Assembly (NCBI GenBank): GCA_965649765.1
Contig: OZ287757.1
Coordinates: 35,092,001-35,156,000 of the forward strand
From: Bispira polyomma
Lineage: Eukaryota
DNA length: 64,000 bases
Reading direction: 5' to 3'
Shown: in pieces, positions 51,935-64,000 of the stretch
How the letters are laid out: each line of letters begins with the position of its first letter
Position numbering within the stretch: the stretch's first letter is position 1
Translations under genes and position numbers: made by a program
Notes under the pieces: generated by a model
Told to the model about the DNA's origin: nothing
The model's database searches: none
The model's input: the letters and a program-made list of their open reading frames with translations, nothing else

Positions 51935-54900
51935 TCTACCTTAAGGGGAAAAGTTTAAAATACATTTGTAAAATTCACAAAATGCTTTATAAACCTCATT
52001 GTAAACTTTTAAGTAATTATTCAAATAAACTAGCTTTGATCAATTTTAACTGTCTTTCAGAATGTCAAGTCCTAATAGAACTATTGTAACTATTTCTTTA
52101 CTTTAGAATTGAACAAAACAATATTACATTTTTAGAAACAGTCTTTCAGTTCATTTTAGTTCATATCTCAAATCTCTAAATAAGTAGGATCGTTGTAGAC
52201 TGCCCTTCCTACTAGTGAAGGCTTGGGGATTATTCTGCCCCTAAACAATAGGCCCATTGAAATATATCTAGTTAAATGTATTCAGAAATTAGGTGGCTTG
52301 CTCACTCTTCCAGATGTTCTTATAACAGATCTTGGTGTACTAATTTCTGTCTTTGCTGGCACTTTCTTATCCGTCTTTAGACACAATTCTGGTGTTACTG
52401 TCTTGTCTGGTGGGATCACTTACAGCATTCTTCTATTTCTTCTCATCTTCACTGTGTCACCTGTATCTTCACACTTCTGTACTATATATGATCGTGGTGG
52501 ACTGTGTAATTTTTGGACAACCTTCCCTTCAATGTTGAAATCTCTAATTACAACACTATCTCCTTCCTGAAACTCATTCTTCTCTCTGACTCGGTGGCGA
52601 TGGTCATACTATCTCATATAATACAGTCTATACTTCTCTTGCCTCTTCTCAATATGTGGCTGGCTGAAAGGCTTTAGCTGCACAGGTACTGATGGAATTG
52701 CGGTTCTGATTTTTCATCCCATCAGCAGCTCTGATGGACTAAATCCATTAATTACCGGTCTTGCCCTATACCTAAGCATTGCTTTGTATGGATGTTGATT
52801 CTTAATTAGAAGCTTCTTTACAGTTTGAACGGCCCTCTCTGCCTCTCCATTACTCTGAGGAAAGGCTGGACTGCTTGTATTATGAACAAACTTGTAGTTT
52901 TTGGCAAACTGGCAGAATTCTGATGAGTTGTATTGTGGCCCATTGTCACTAAATACTTCTTCAGGGATGCCATGAATACTAAATATCTAAATATGGACCT
53001 GAGATACTTGATCACTGTTGCAGAAGTGCTATTGTCATCAAGTAACCTTACTTCTATAAATCTGGAGCAATAATCCACCACTAGTATGTACAGCTTTTTT
53101 TTGAATGTAAACAAATCTATCACTACTCTTTGCCATGGTCTTCCTGGAAGCTTGCTAGGCATCAGTGGTTATGAGATGTCGGGTTTGTTCCTGGCACAAA
53201 TCTGACAGTTCTTAACAAGTTCTTCGATATCTCGCCTAATGCCAGGCCACCAAACTGATTGTTGGGCAAGTCTTCTACATTTGGTTATACCTTGATGTCC
53301 TGTGTGTGATCTGTCTAGGATGTCTATCCTCAGACCGTTTGGGATTACGATTCTGTGACTTCTCATCAGCAGACCATTTTGTATTGTAAGGTCACTTGCA
53401 GCTGGGCGATACGGTTTGATCGCTCCATTAATCTGATGACTCTGTGGCCAGCCATCAACAAAATAATTCATCAGTGCTACACAAATAGGGTCTTCTGCTT
53501 GTGCTGCAGCAATATCTAAAAATCTTTTTTCAGTTGTGGGTAGTGACATCACAACTAGGTTAACGTAGACCTCTACATCATCCTGCTTTCTTCTCGGCAA
53601 CTGGATGTTCACTTGGGATGGGAGCTCATGATAGACAATCTGCTAGTTCTACAGCTTTTCCTGGCACATACACAACTTTAAAGTTAAACCTCATCAATCT
53701 TTACCTAAATCTAACAATTCTAGCTGGTTAGTCAGCCAGTGCTTTTGTGACCTTAGCATGGAACTAGGGGTTTGTGATCTGTTTCTAATAGATGCTAGTA
53801 CTTGTGGAGATGCTAACAATACCTTTACTGTGCTAAATGCATTCCCTTGTTCTTCTGTCCACAGCCAAGCATTTTTCTTACTGAGGAGCTCTCTCAGTGG
53901 CTTGGTTAAAGTTGCTAATCGTGGGTAAAATCTCGCTAGCTGTGTTGCTAATCCTAGGAATCTTCTGTAACATTAGTGGGTTCTGGCATTTTCTACACTG
54001 CCTCTACTTTCTTGCCTCCCAGTATAATCCCACCTTTGTTCAGCTCAAATCCAACAAATTTCACTGAACTCTTCCCGAATTCACACTTACTAGGATTAAG
54101 TGTCACCCATGCTTTTACCAATTGCTTCAGGACTACTTGGACTAGATCATCATGTTTCTTCTGATAATCAGGACCACCAGCAAAAATGAGTATATCGTCC
54201 ATTTGGCACGGCACTCCTTCTAGTTCTTCCAAGATTTCCGTCATTTTAGCTTGGAAAAACTCTGTTCCAGACGATATCTTAAAGGGTAATCTGTCGAAGC
54301 AGAATCTACCACAAGGCACTATAAACGTAGTCAACTTTTTTAAAGATTGAAAAAGTTTACACTGCCAAAATCCGGCATTTGCATCTAGTTTGGTAAATAT
54401 GCGGGCATCTTTCACTCGTGATAGTGTGTTTTCTACTGATGCAAGTTGATAACATGGTCTTTTAACACTTTTATTCAACTGAGTCACATCCACACACAGG
54501 TGAATATCCCCATTTGACTTAGGAATCACTACAAGTCCTGAGCACCATTCAGTAGCCTCTTTTGCTTTTGATATCACTCCTGTGGATTCCATCTCTTTTA
54601 GTTTGTCTTTAACTTTGGGAAGCAATGGAACTAGCACCCTCCCAAGAGTTTTTAAAGAATAGGGCTCTGTGTTATTCTTCAGCTCAATGTGGTAATCACT
54701 GGTTGATATTTGTCCCAATCCATTAAACACTTTCGAAATTGCTTTTGCATTCACACTCTTTACTTTTTCGAGTCTACTACATTTACAATCCTCACAAGAT
54801 CAAGGGCTTCTATTGCTGGCCTACCAATCTATAATGATTAATGTTCTTGGCCACAAAAATAATTTGTGAGTTTGACCTGTTCTTCTTGCTCATGAGCGCT

Positions 54901-56020
54901 ATAAATTCCCCTTTAACATCCAGGCGGTGGTTCCCAGCCCCATACAAGATCTTGTACAGTTTTCGGAGTATCCGCATATCAAGAGAGCTGTAAGTCTTCT
55001 CTGAGATAACTGTGACATCAGCACCTGTGTCGACTTTAAATTTCATCTTCTGCTGATTGATCATGATCTCTGTATTCCATGCATTGGGGGATTGGTTTCA
55101 ACGACCCCAAGGAATGCATTATCACGGGTAATTGCATGTTCATCATGGTAAACCTTATCAACTCTTTTGGATTTGCAAACAGAACTATAGTGCCCCACTT
55201 TCTTGCATTTGTGGCAACTGGCATTTATCCCTTCCATGGGCCGGTGCTTTTCCACAACGACCACATTTACCTTTTCCTGGCTTATAATTTCCAGGAAAAG
55301 CTTTCTGGGGCTTTGTTCTTTTAACTTTGTCTGTATTGGCAATTCTATTGATGGAATGTGTCTCACCCGTGAGGTCCATGTGTTGTCTATGAATAATTTC
55401 TTTTTGGCAAATTCTTGATATAGCGATCTTGAATGTTAGTTTCGGATCGGCCATCAAGATTTTAGATAGCTTTTTGTCCTTTATACCAACAACTAATCTG
55501 TCTCTTAGCATTTACTCCTCTAAGTCCCCGTATCCCCATCTTTCCTCTAATCCATGCAAAAGAGTGATATAATCATCTGCACCCTGGTTTTCTCCCTGAT
55601 TTCTAGTGTTAAATTTGACTCTTTTAAAAATAACGTTCTTTCTTAAATCAAATAACTTTTTAAATTTTAATGTCACTGTATCAAATTTTTTACTATCGTC
55701 TTCACTTAGCTTTAAGGTTGCAAGGATATCCTCAGATTTTTCACCCATACAGTATATTAGTGTATTAACCTTTGCTGCTTCAGAGAGATCTTGGAGCCCA
55801 GCTGCCACCAGATATCTCTTGAAACATTGGATCCATCAAGGCCACTGTTCAGGATTGTCAAAACTAAAATTTTGTGGAGGAGGCACTTGAGGTCTTGTTG
55901 CTATATTCTATTTTCGCCCACACTCAAGTAAAATACAGACAGTTTAACACACTTTTTTCACCAATGTTTTTATTAAATTCAACATAGTATTTTATGATAT
56001 AAAACTGACATCTGACACCA

Positions 56021-56157
56021 TGTTGTGTTACTTAGTTTGTAACTTTTATAGATAAGATTCGTATGTCACGTTGTCATTAGTTTATTACTCTAGCCGAAAG
56101 TTCTCTTTCCCTATATTTTACAGCCGTTTATATTAACAGTTCTCGACTTACATAACA
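56021..56157 (-). repeat. 5' LTR of the Gypsy element
   Basis: tgttg...taaca, 137 bp, adjacent to the PBS. Confidence 0.92.
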
Positions 56158-57834
56158 CACAACAGTCAAGAGTAAAGAATGACGTTATGTGATGTATCAT
56201 ATAGACTATAAGGAGGAAGTTAAGTGGGGATCTATAAACTCAAATATCTGAACCGTTTTGGATTTTGGTGGGGAAAAAAGCACAGTAATCACAATAAAAT
56301 AACCTTTCTCATGCCATTTTCAACGTCAACAACTGACGAATATTGAGTATGTATGGGATGAAAACTATACCTATAATAGCATTTTGCAGCCATTTTTGTT
56401 CAAAAATCGGTCAGTCCTCCCGATTTTTTCCCTCCCTGTCAGATAAAATCTAATAGCCCAACAGACGTCAACCGACGTCTGATCTGATCTGTTGCAAATA
56501 TGCTGAAAGGAAGCACTTGTTGGTTTTGTGTAATAAGCAAAAATTTCATGAAAAATTCATGATGTCAGTCGAGAAAAACATGCTAAAAGGAAACGTAGGC
56601 TAAACCGGACACAACCAATTATTAACCAATTATACTAAATTGGTAAAATATAAATAAAAAATGTAAAGGTCATAGATCCTATCATCTGTTGAGTTCATGC
56701 AAGGAGAATCGCCAGAATAGAGCACTAAATTGTGTTCGACCACAAGTGTCATTATGAAGACAATTACATGTAAATGTGTGTGTAGGTGTACAGTCCGATA
56801 TCACCTCTATTAAGGTCTCAGCTGACTTTACGGTTTACATCCCCAGCCTGGGTTCTTCTACTTGTTAATTAATTGTTCAGTCACATGTGGCGCACAAAGA
56901 CTAACACCCAGTTTGTTAAACAGGTTTTACATTTACAACCTTATTATTGGTTTCTATTTCTTGTAAAAGGTGATGTAAATTTTATATCGTATTCTAGCCT
57001 GTCACTGTGACCAACAGAATAACAACACATTTACATAAGACTGCAGAGCACCTGGGTTTAAGCCCATTATGATCTCCCTGGTACAGATATATACATTATC
57101 CAAGACATAGTATATCCAATTCCATTTTCAGAAATAATAGTCCATGCTGTTATCCAATGATCAGTGGGCATAAACCCACCTATTACTTGTAACAAAATCC
57201 TCTCTCAGGAACAATTTACTCTAATGCCTCTCATTTCAGAAACATCTGAAAGAGCATCTGCTGATGTGGCATGTCTCTTCAGTAAAGTTAAAACTTTATG
57301 CTTTCCACAGCCTTAATTAATTGTGTGGTCGCCCGTGGCCTAGTAGTTAAGGTCCCAAGTGGAATTAGTCTGCTTATTTCCGGTTCATCTCCCACTAATG
57401 CAGCTAGGCTCATCCATCTAATTTACTTTCCCTTGTAACTTTGGAGTTGCAATGAAACACCTCAATTGCAGTTCATCAATTTTATTGAGTTATCAATGAT
57501 CAATATATTTACGACAATGCATTGTTTATTGTTTAACAATTACTACAACATAATATTTCACATGAAAATATAAAATCTCATACAAACACACCAGAAAGGC
57601 ATAAAAATACAAGCTCAAATTTATCCAATATTGCTTTTTTCAATTTTGTTCAGTAAAGCTGACTAACCCTTTTTTGACAACCCTTCTTGAGAGAATGTAC
57701 ATCAATCTCTATATAATAATACAACTAGCGACAGCATGTTAGCTATAAGAAAAACAAGCGATCAGGTTGTAGCATCTCTGTTGGTCAATGGAATCGAAAA
57801 TGGTGGACAAAACCTGTTAAAAGCTTGTTTTTTC

Positions 57835-57970
57835 GTTCATGTAGGAAAGTTTTTTCAGGTACTTGCTGTACATTGGTAGTTTACAGGTTTTATCACTGGC
57901 TTCCCTCCACCATTAAATCTGGCTGTGGTAGTATGACCTAAGCCTTTGAAAGTGACTTAAAACCCAACTA
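57835..57970 (+). mobile_element. SINE family C fragment
   Basis: cttccctccaccattaaatctggc...tatgacc...ttgaaagtgacttaaaacccaa is shared with 61880-62000 and 24385-24430 (+) and with 10870-10930 (-). Confidence 0.6.
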
Positions 57971-59151
57971 AATTCAAATGTATAAAATCATTCATCTTCT
58001 CTGCATTAGCTGTGCACAATACAATTGTCAAAAACTAGATTGGACAAATTAATTGGATAAATGAAGCAGACAATGAACAGCATAATCTTTTCCTCTGCAC
58101 ATTGACACTATACTGTCTAATTAATATGTTCCATCTGAGCTTACTCAAACATACACCTACAGTGCCCGTCTTACATATATGTCTGCAACGACGGGTTCTA
58201 TCAATTTGAGATATATGACATTCAGGAATGGGGTTAATTATTACTCTAAATTTCTACAGACACTTTCTAAAATTAAATACACATTCCATCTACATTATGG
58301 CACTACGATGAATAATACTAATTACTTTGTTATAACAACTATTTGTTTTATAAAAGGCTTTATTCTTTAAATACACACCTTTACCAAAAGCTAAAACATG
58401 TATAGCTAAAATACATATCTGCCAAGGATCCTGTTTTACAGAAACTAATAACGTCAACCTCATCAATGCAGATGGATAAAAACCTTTTGATTTTGATACA
58501 CGATATAAGTGAAATAGGAGATGGGCGACAATAAAAGATCCTAGAAAATGATAATTTGTTTAGAAGATAATGAAATTTTCGGCTAACTTTAATGTAGTGT
58601 AATCAACCAATAATCAGGAAACGCCTTCACAATATGCAAAACATGTTGATTCAAAAACGAATTTCTCAATTTAATATTTAGGAAGCGATTCGTTTAGGTG
58701 TTTTCCAGGCCATATAGATACCATAATTTGGGCACAGGTGTGTTTTTTTTTGTTTGTTTTTTGTTTTGTTTTTTGTGAAATAGGAAGCCTGGTTGAATAT
58801 ATGTTACAGTAAATATGCAAAATCAGTCAATTTCAGTACACCAATATTTTGAGTACACAAAAATACACATGATGTACTTTAAAGTGACCTAAATAAAGAC
58901 AGATTCATTTATAACTTGTGTAAAACACAAACTACCAAGAGAGACTGTTGAAATTTGTAAACATTGATATTTATCCTTTAAATGTAAATGAAACACTTGA
59001 CTGAAATGTTCACAATACACATGACCAAATCAGTTAAATATGCGTATTTACTGAAATTTTCAGTACACACACACATTCACTGATTGCGCATATTTATTGT
59101 AACATATACACATATATCAGTGTTGCTGCCAATTACAAGACCTCCTGGCTC

Positions 59152-61472
59152 TTACTGTCCCCCACCAAAGAATCTCTTCTTAAATTCATTATAATCCACT
59201 TTCCCATCTTCATCGATGTCCATCTCATCTTTCATCCGTTCCAGCTGGCCTCTGGTGTAGCCTTTCCCTTCAAACATCTTCTCTAAGTCACACACGTTGA
59301 TAAAGCCGCTACCATCAACATCAAACCCACGAAAGATTTGCATCATTATCTCATCCCTGGGAGAACGAATAACAACAAAAGAGATATGTTATTGTTATTA
59401 ACTAATATTATTTTATCATACTTTTTTTAGTTCTTATTTCCGTTGAAACTAATTCGAAGGTGTCAAAAAACACACAACCAGAGCTGAAAATCATTAACGA
59501 TTAATAAAAGTGTCAGACAAAAATAAACGACAGCTGTATTTGAAACCAGTCTATGAAGGCGTTACATATTATTTATAAGATGGCAGCGACCTTTTCAAAG
59601 ATGGTAGCAACCTTTTTGAGAATGAAAATAGTAGGCTGTGTCTGATAAAAAGGTTTAGTAAACAAAGCACATTCGACCGTGGATGAAAAGACTTAAGAGA
59701 GCTGATGCAAATAGCTTTTGATGTGCTTTCTGAAAGAGGTAACGGAGAGATTGGATCTAAGGTAAAGAATTTCAAAACTAGGCAGCATAGTAGCTAAATA
59801 CTTGTGACAGGTTAATGAGACTTGTGCATTGTTCTAGTAAACTTAGGAAATAGAAGAAACTCCAGTTTGGTTTGATGTTCCTGGCAGATGTGTACGAGTT
59901 GAGGGTGTCCTCAAGATTGACTGGTTGAACATATTGCAATATCCGTGTATAACAGCACATTGAACACTTAGGCTTCCGGGGTTTCCCCTTTAGCTCAACT
60001 GTTAATGTACTGGACTATTGATCTCAAGATACACAACAACCCAGGATCGAATCCCAGCAGTGGCAAGCCTCTTTATAAGTTTACAGCAGAGCCAAGTTAT
60101 TTATGTTGTTTACATGGTGGAGTTCACTGGCAAGATCCCCCGTCTCATAAGTCAAGGGAGTTAGTAGAGTTAAAAGGTGTTATTTTAAGTCCAAGCTCAC
60201 TGTAGTGTTGGAAATTGATCTATATCTTACAGTAATCATTTTATTATTTGTATGGCTGAGAAAAGTATTAGTAGAATAATCAATGATATATAAAATTTAG
60301 ACTGATTGACCATGATGGTGTGGTGTCACCGATGATTAATTGACTAGATGTATGCAATTGTCCAACCATTAAGGTGCAAGTGACTTACTGATCAACGTCC
60401 ACAACTCCCATAGCATATAGGAATTCTCTCTCTGACAAGACGCCATCACCTGAGAGGTCTGAACCCGCTAGATAACTCTGTAAGAAGAAGAGGTTCATAA
60501 GTACCTGACATTCTTGTAGATACAAAAACTATGTATCTACAACAAGAACCTGACATAGTTATGGTTGAAAAAACCATGAATCTACAGCAAGTACCTGAAA
60601 TAGCTATGGTTGAAAAAAACATGAATCTACAGCAAGTGCCTGACACAGCTATGGTTGGACAAACCATAATCTAAAGCAAGTACCGGTACCTGGCATACTT
60701 ATAGATGTATAATCTATGGAAGTATGTGACATAGTTATGGGTGACGACACCATTAATCTGCAAAAAGAACTTGACATAGTTATGGGTGAACAAACCATGA
60801 TTCTACAGCAAGTACCTGTACCTGTCGTACTAGATGCAAAAAACCATGTATCTACAGCAAGCATGCGACATAGTTATGGGTGAAGAAACAATTCATCTGC
60901 AGAAAGAACCTGACATAGGTATTGGTTGAACAAAAATTCAAATATGTGGTCAGCTTTTACCCAGGTTTATTCTTGCCAGAGACATGTGGACAATAGATTT
61001 TAATATATAATTTAATCACAGATAAGATCCAATCATATAATGGATTCACAGAAAGTTTGGACATGTCTAAAACTTCTCTCGTAGGGGCTGGTATAGCCCA
61101 AAACATCAGGGTATTGTAGGGTTGTAGCCACTGTGATTCTCTAGGGCCAGTCAAGGTAATTTATGGTTGACCAGGGCATGTAAAAATAATATGATAATCT
61201 GGGATTTCTGACCGTAATTGTGGGACCTAGGAGTTAACTAGACTAAATCGATCTAATTGCTTGCTTGATCCAATAAGTTCCATACAAGACCGTCTGCAGG
61301 GTAGTAATGTCATCTATGTCCAAATAGTCACCTTGATTTTCTCTGGTGATTGGTCAGGGTCGTTGGCAATGATGAGTTCTTCTAGTTCACCTAGGGTCAA
61401 ACGACCATTATTGTCTTTATCTGCCTTACGGTACAGCTGTTCGTACTTTTCTTTCTTTCCTGTACACGACAT
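59152..61472 (-). CDS. Calmodulin-like four-EF-hand protein, paralog 3 (144 aa)
   Basis: Exons 61472-61332 (MSCTGKKEKYEQLYRKADKDNNGRLTLGE...EKIK), 60477-60389 (SYLAGSDLSGDGVLSEREFLYAMGVVDVD) and 59356-59152 (DEIMMQIFRGFDVDGSGFINVCD...DIDEDGKVDYNEF...GGGQ*). Exon lengths 141/89/205 are identical to paralog 2. Confidence 0.93.
59690..59950 (-). mobile_element. L2-like LINE 3' end relic in the last intron of paralog 3
   Basis: Minus strand reads QVFSYYAA*F*NSLP...SVTSFRKHIKSYL. Confidence 0.5.
60500..60935. repeat. About 45-bp minisatellite, 9-10 copies, in an intron of paralog 3
   Basis: Unit approximately acctgacatagttatggttgaaaaaaccatgaatctacagcaagt. Confidence 0.92.
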
Positions 61473-61839
61473 GTTGATTCTGAAACAAACACACTCTTGC
61501 AGAGAGACACATTGGTAGTGGACAATTTTTTTCAATAATCAACTATAGTTAAGGAATAACACATGACAAAAGATGATATACGGTAATTATTACCATGATT
61601 GGAGGCGTAGTAAGATGAAGACGAACACTGAGTGTTTCTATGCTCCAAGAGTATCAGGCTTTGGAATGTTTTCTTCCTATTTTAACATGACAAATTAAAA
61701 TTATTACCTAATTCAAGCTGTTTTTACTGCAAAATTACTTATCCGTCTGTGTGTAAACGGTTATTTTACCGAGGCCTTTGACCAATTAGAATCGCCGACA
61801 CTGCCATGTCATATTAAGATTTAGGATACATGTGAGTGT

Positions 61840-62000
61840 TGTCGGCCTCTCACATCTAGAGGTTGTGATTCCTTCTTCATGTGAGAAAGTTTGTCGTAGG
61901 TCGGTGGTTGACAGCGCATCAGCACTAGTTTCACCCACCACTAATCCTGGCCATCTCGATATGACCAATGTGGTTGAAAGCGACGTAAACCCAAATATAT
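61840..62000 (+). mobile_element. SINE family C fragment
   Basis: catgtgagaaagtttgtc...gtttcacccaccactaatcctggccatctcgatatgacc...gttgaaagcgacgtaaaccc. Confidence 0.6.
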
Positions 62001-63689
62001 TCAATTCAATTCCTCTGGGAAGGGTGGAAAGAATTTAGATTGCCCCATAATGTTTAAGTTACCCCTCCCCCCTCTCCCACACATACACATACTGTAACTT
62101 AAAATAGATTTTGAATTACCCCCCACCCCCCCCCACCCCACCCCAAGTATAAGTTCTGTACCTTGGTGTTGCAGAAACAAATGCTTCAGAACAGGGGCCA
62201 ACCTAAAATCGATTTTAAGTTACTGGGGAGGGTAATTTAAAAGGGGTTGGTAATTTTAAAATGCTACACCGGGATAAATGTACTCTATTTACAAAGATAG
62301 AACACTAACATGTATCCTATATTAACCTACTTAAATGATACACAAAAGTTATATACTGACAGAGTTTTTAATTACCATAAGTTAAAATTGGGCAAACCAG
62401 AGCTGGTTAAGGTGTGTATACCTTATTTACGATTGCTTAATATGGCTTATAAACCTAAAGCTAAACCAGATCTGTATATACTATTTAGTGTACACATATT
62501 CAATGGATGGTCTCCCTGTATTGGGTTGTATTTGAAGTATTTGTGTTAAAGTGTCACTCAACTAAAAACTTTAGTTTTATTAAACAGTGTAAAACAAGTC
62601 ATTTAACCTATTTCTAGGGAGGAGAACAGGTGCTTTGCAATATGTACACAAACACACACGCAACAAGCAAACTCCCAGAATGCAATATGTTAAAGTTTGT
62701 ATAGACAGAAAAGTGGCGGGAAATCTGCAGACAGTTCACCTGTGTTAGAGCTCAGTCTCCCCCCCCCCCCACACACACACATACACATACGCCAGAACGT
62801 TCACCTGTCATTTTAACTCAGACGGTTTAATATGGGGACAATAAAAAGCCCTTGTGTGGCTGAAACCTAGCCTAGTACCTGGTCTTGCTAGGTCTCATAT
62901 ATTTAACTCTGGGCCTGTATTCACTAAAGGTTTTAGGCTGGACTTAATCTTAAGTCTGAGACTTTTGTCTTTACTTTTTTTTTGTAAAAATAGACTAAGC
63001 CTGTTAGTACTACTATAGCACATGAATCCTTTGTTAGGTGACAATAAACATATTTACATAACACAGCGTAGGAATGCTTGTTGAGGATACCTTAACTTGA
63101 TATCACTTTAAGGTGAACATAAGCTGCACTTATAGTTACCTTAACTTAAACCCTCTATTTGTTTGAGGTTACCATAACTTAAAGCTATGTAAACCAGGGC
63201 TCGTTAAGGTGGGTAAACTTAATTTAGGCTTGTTTACAATATATGCCTTGTAGAATTCATATGTTCGTAACTGTGCAATTATGCATGGGAAATTTATAGT
63301 CGGCACATGGGATATCGAGGAATATCCGAATTCGAGGTTCGGCATTTAACGTGTTTTCCCTTAATATGTAAAACGGTAATTTTTATTGCTAGAAAATAGA
63401 AATAGTGTTACTATAATTAATCAAGCACAGTAAAAACCAATTTGCATATTAAAATGTGTCGGTGACTTTTTTGTAAGGTATCGGTAACTTTCGTATCGTT
63501 ACTATGTGCTTGCTTACGTCCCCGATATATCATTTTAATTTTGGCATGGGTCTGCATCGACATATGTTCCAAAAAATACAGGTGTAACACACTGGCTGGA
63601 TTTATGAAAAATGTGTATTTTTTAATTTTGAATGTGTCTTGAGTTACATAGTCGGGGAATTTAGAAATTTGGTCTACTTTTGAACTTTG

Positions 63690-63935
63690 ACTTTGTTTGA
63701 ATCAATACCCAAACTGGATGATTACTTCTAATCATCTTTCAACCTACCTTTCGGGGAACACCTGGGGTCATTCCTAGGGCCTCTTCTTTTTACATTTTAC
63801 TCACACTTCCCCTTAGTACAGTTATTGATAGTCATAATGTTAAACACCATATGTATGCTGACGATACTCAAATCTATCTCTCACTCAATCCTCACAATGC
63901 CCACAAAAATGTCAGTCTACTTGCTGACTGCCTCT
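63690..63935 (+). mobile_element. L2-type LINE RT fragment
   Basis: GSFLGPLLFTFY..PLSTVIDSHNVKHHMYADDTQIYLSL...LLADCL. Confidence 0.85.
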
Positions 63936-64000
63936 CGCCTCTGGGCAGCGTGAGTTCGAATCGCGTCCATGCCTATGTGGGAAAAGTGGTAGTTTCTTTC

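Larger units (their letters stand above)
51796..56157 (-). mobile_element. Decayed Ty3/Gypsy LTR retrotransposon (Mag-like), 4.36 kb
   Basis: TG..CA LTRs at 51796-51934 and 56021-56157, differing by about 11 substitutions and one 2-bp indel. PBS tggtgtcaga at 56020-56011. Gag with two CCHC knuckles, PR FKVDTGADVT, RT KLDANAGFWQ / QMDD, IN HTGHQG..C..LA...VWWPG..CQIC and PWQRV.IDLF..VVDYCSRF. Fragmented by stops and frameshifts. Confidence 0.95.
51515..56603. mobile_element. Foldback/MITE-like element with long imperfect inverted arms, split by the Gypsy insertion
   Basis: gagaaaacttattttattgtgattacagta (about 51660) mirrors cacagtaatcacaataaaataacctttctc (about 56281). agcctaggcttcctttcagca (about 51519) mirrors tgctaaaaggaaacgtaggct (about 56581). 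Confidence 0.7.

Noticed and set aside
52918-52935. Hammerhead ribozyme core (ctgatga), also at about 2552, 11521 and 22932
   Set aside because: No flanking stems with a properly placed GAAA and cleavage triplet were found.
51790-56163. Clean TSD for the Gypsy element
   Set aside because: The flanks actat and cacaa do not match without invoking mutations, so no TSD is claimed.

Overview
AT-rich eukaryotic genomic DNA with spliceosomal introns. The repeat families suggest an invertebrate, probably a mollusc; this is inference only. The host genes are a minus-strand tandem cluster of three intact calmodulin-like four-EF-hand genes with the same coding-intron phases (0, 2), a degraded fourth EF-hand gene near 6.6-9.6 kb, and a frameshifted uronyl/heparan-sulfate 2-O-sulfotransferase-like pseudogene at the left edge. 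The rest is mostly mobile DNA: a full-length Tx1/L1-type LINE (25219-32271) with poly(A) and a 14-16 bp TSD, a decayed Gypsy LTR element nested in a foldback element, a decayed DIRS-like tyrosine-recombinase retroelement, L2 and RTEX-like relics, several tRNA-derived SINE families, MITEs and minisatellites. The standout observation is that the LINE's intact ORF1p (coiled coil, RRM, CTD) is fused in frame to a complete NADAR/YbiA-family domain. This may be a retrotransposon-borne hydrolase that removes ADP-ribose from nucleic acids. All calls were made by eye from motifs; no database searches were run.
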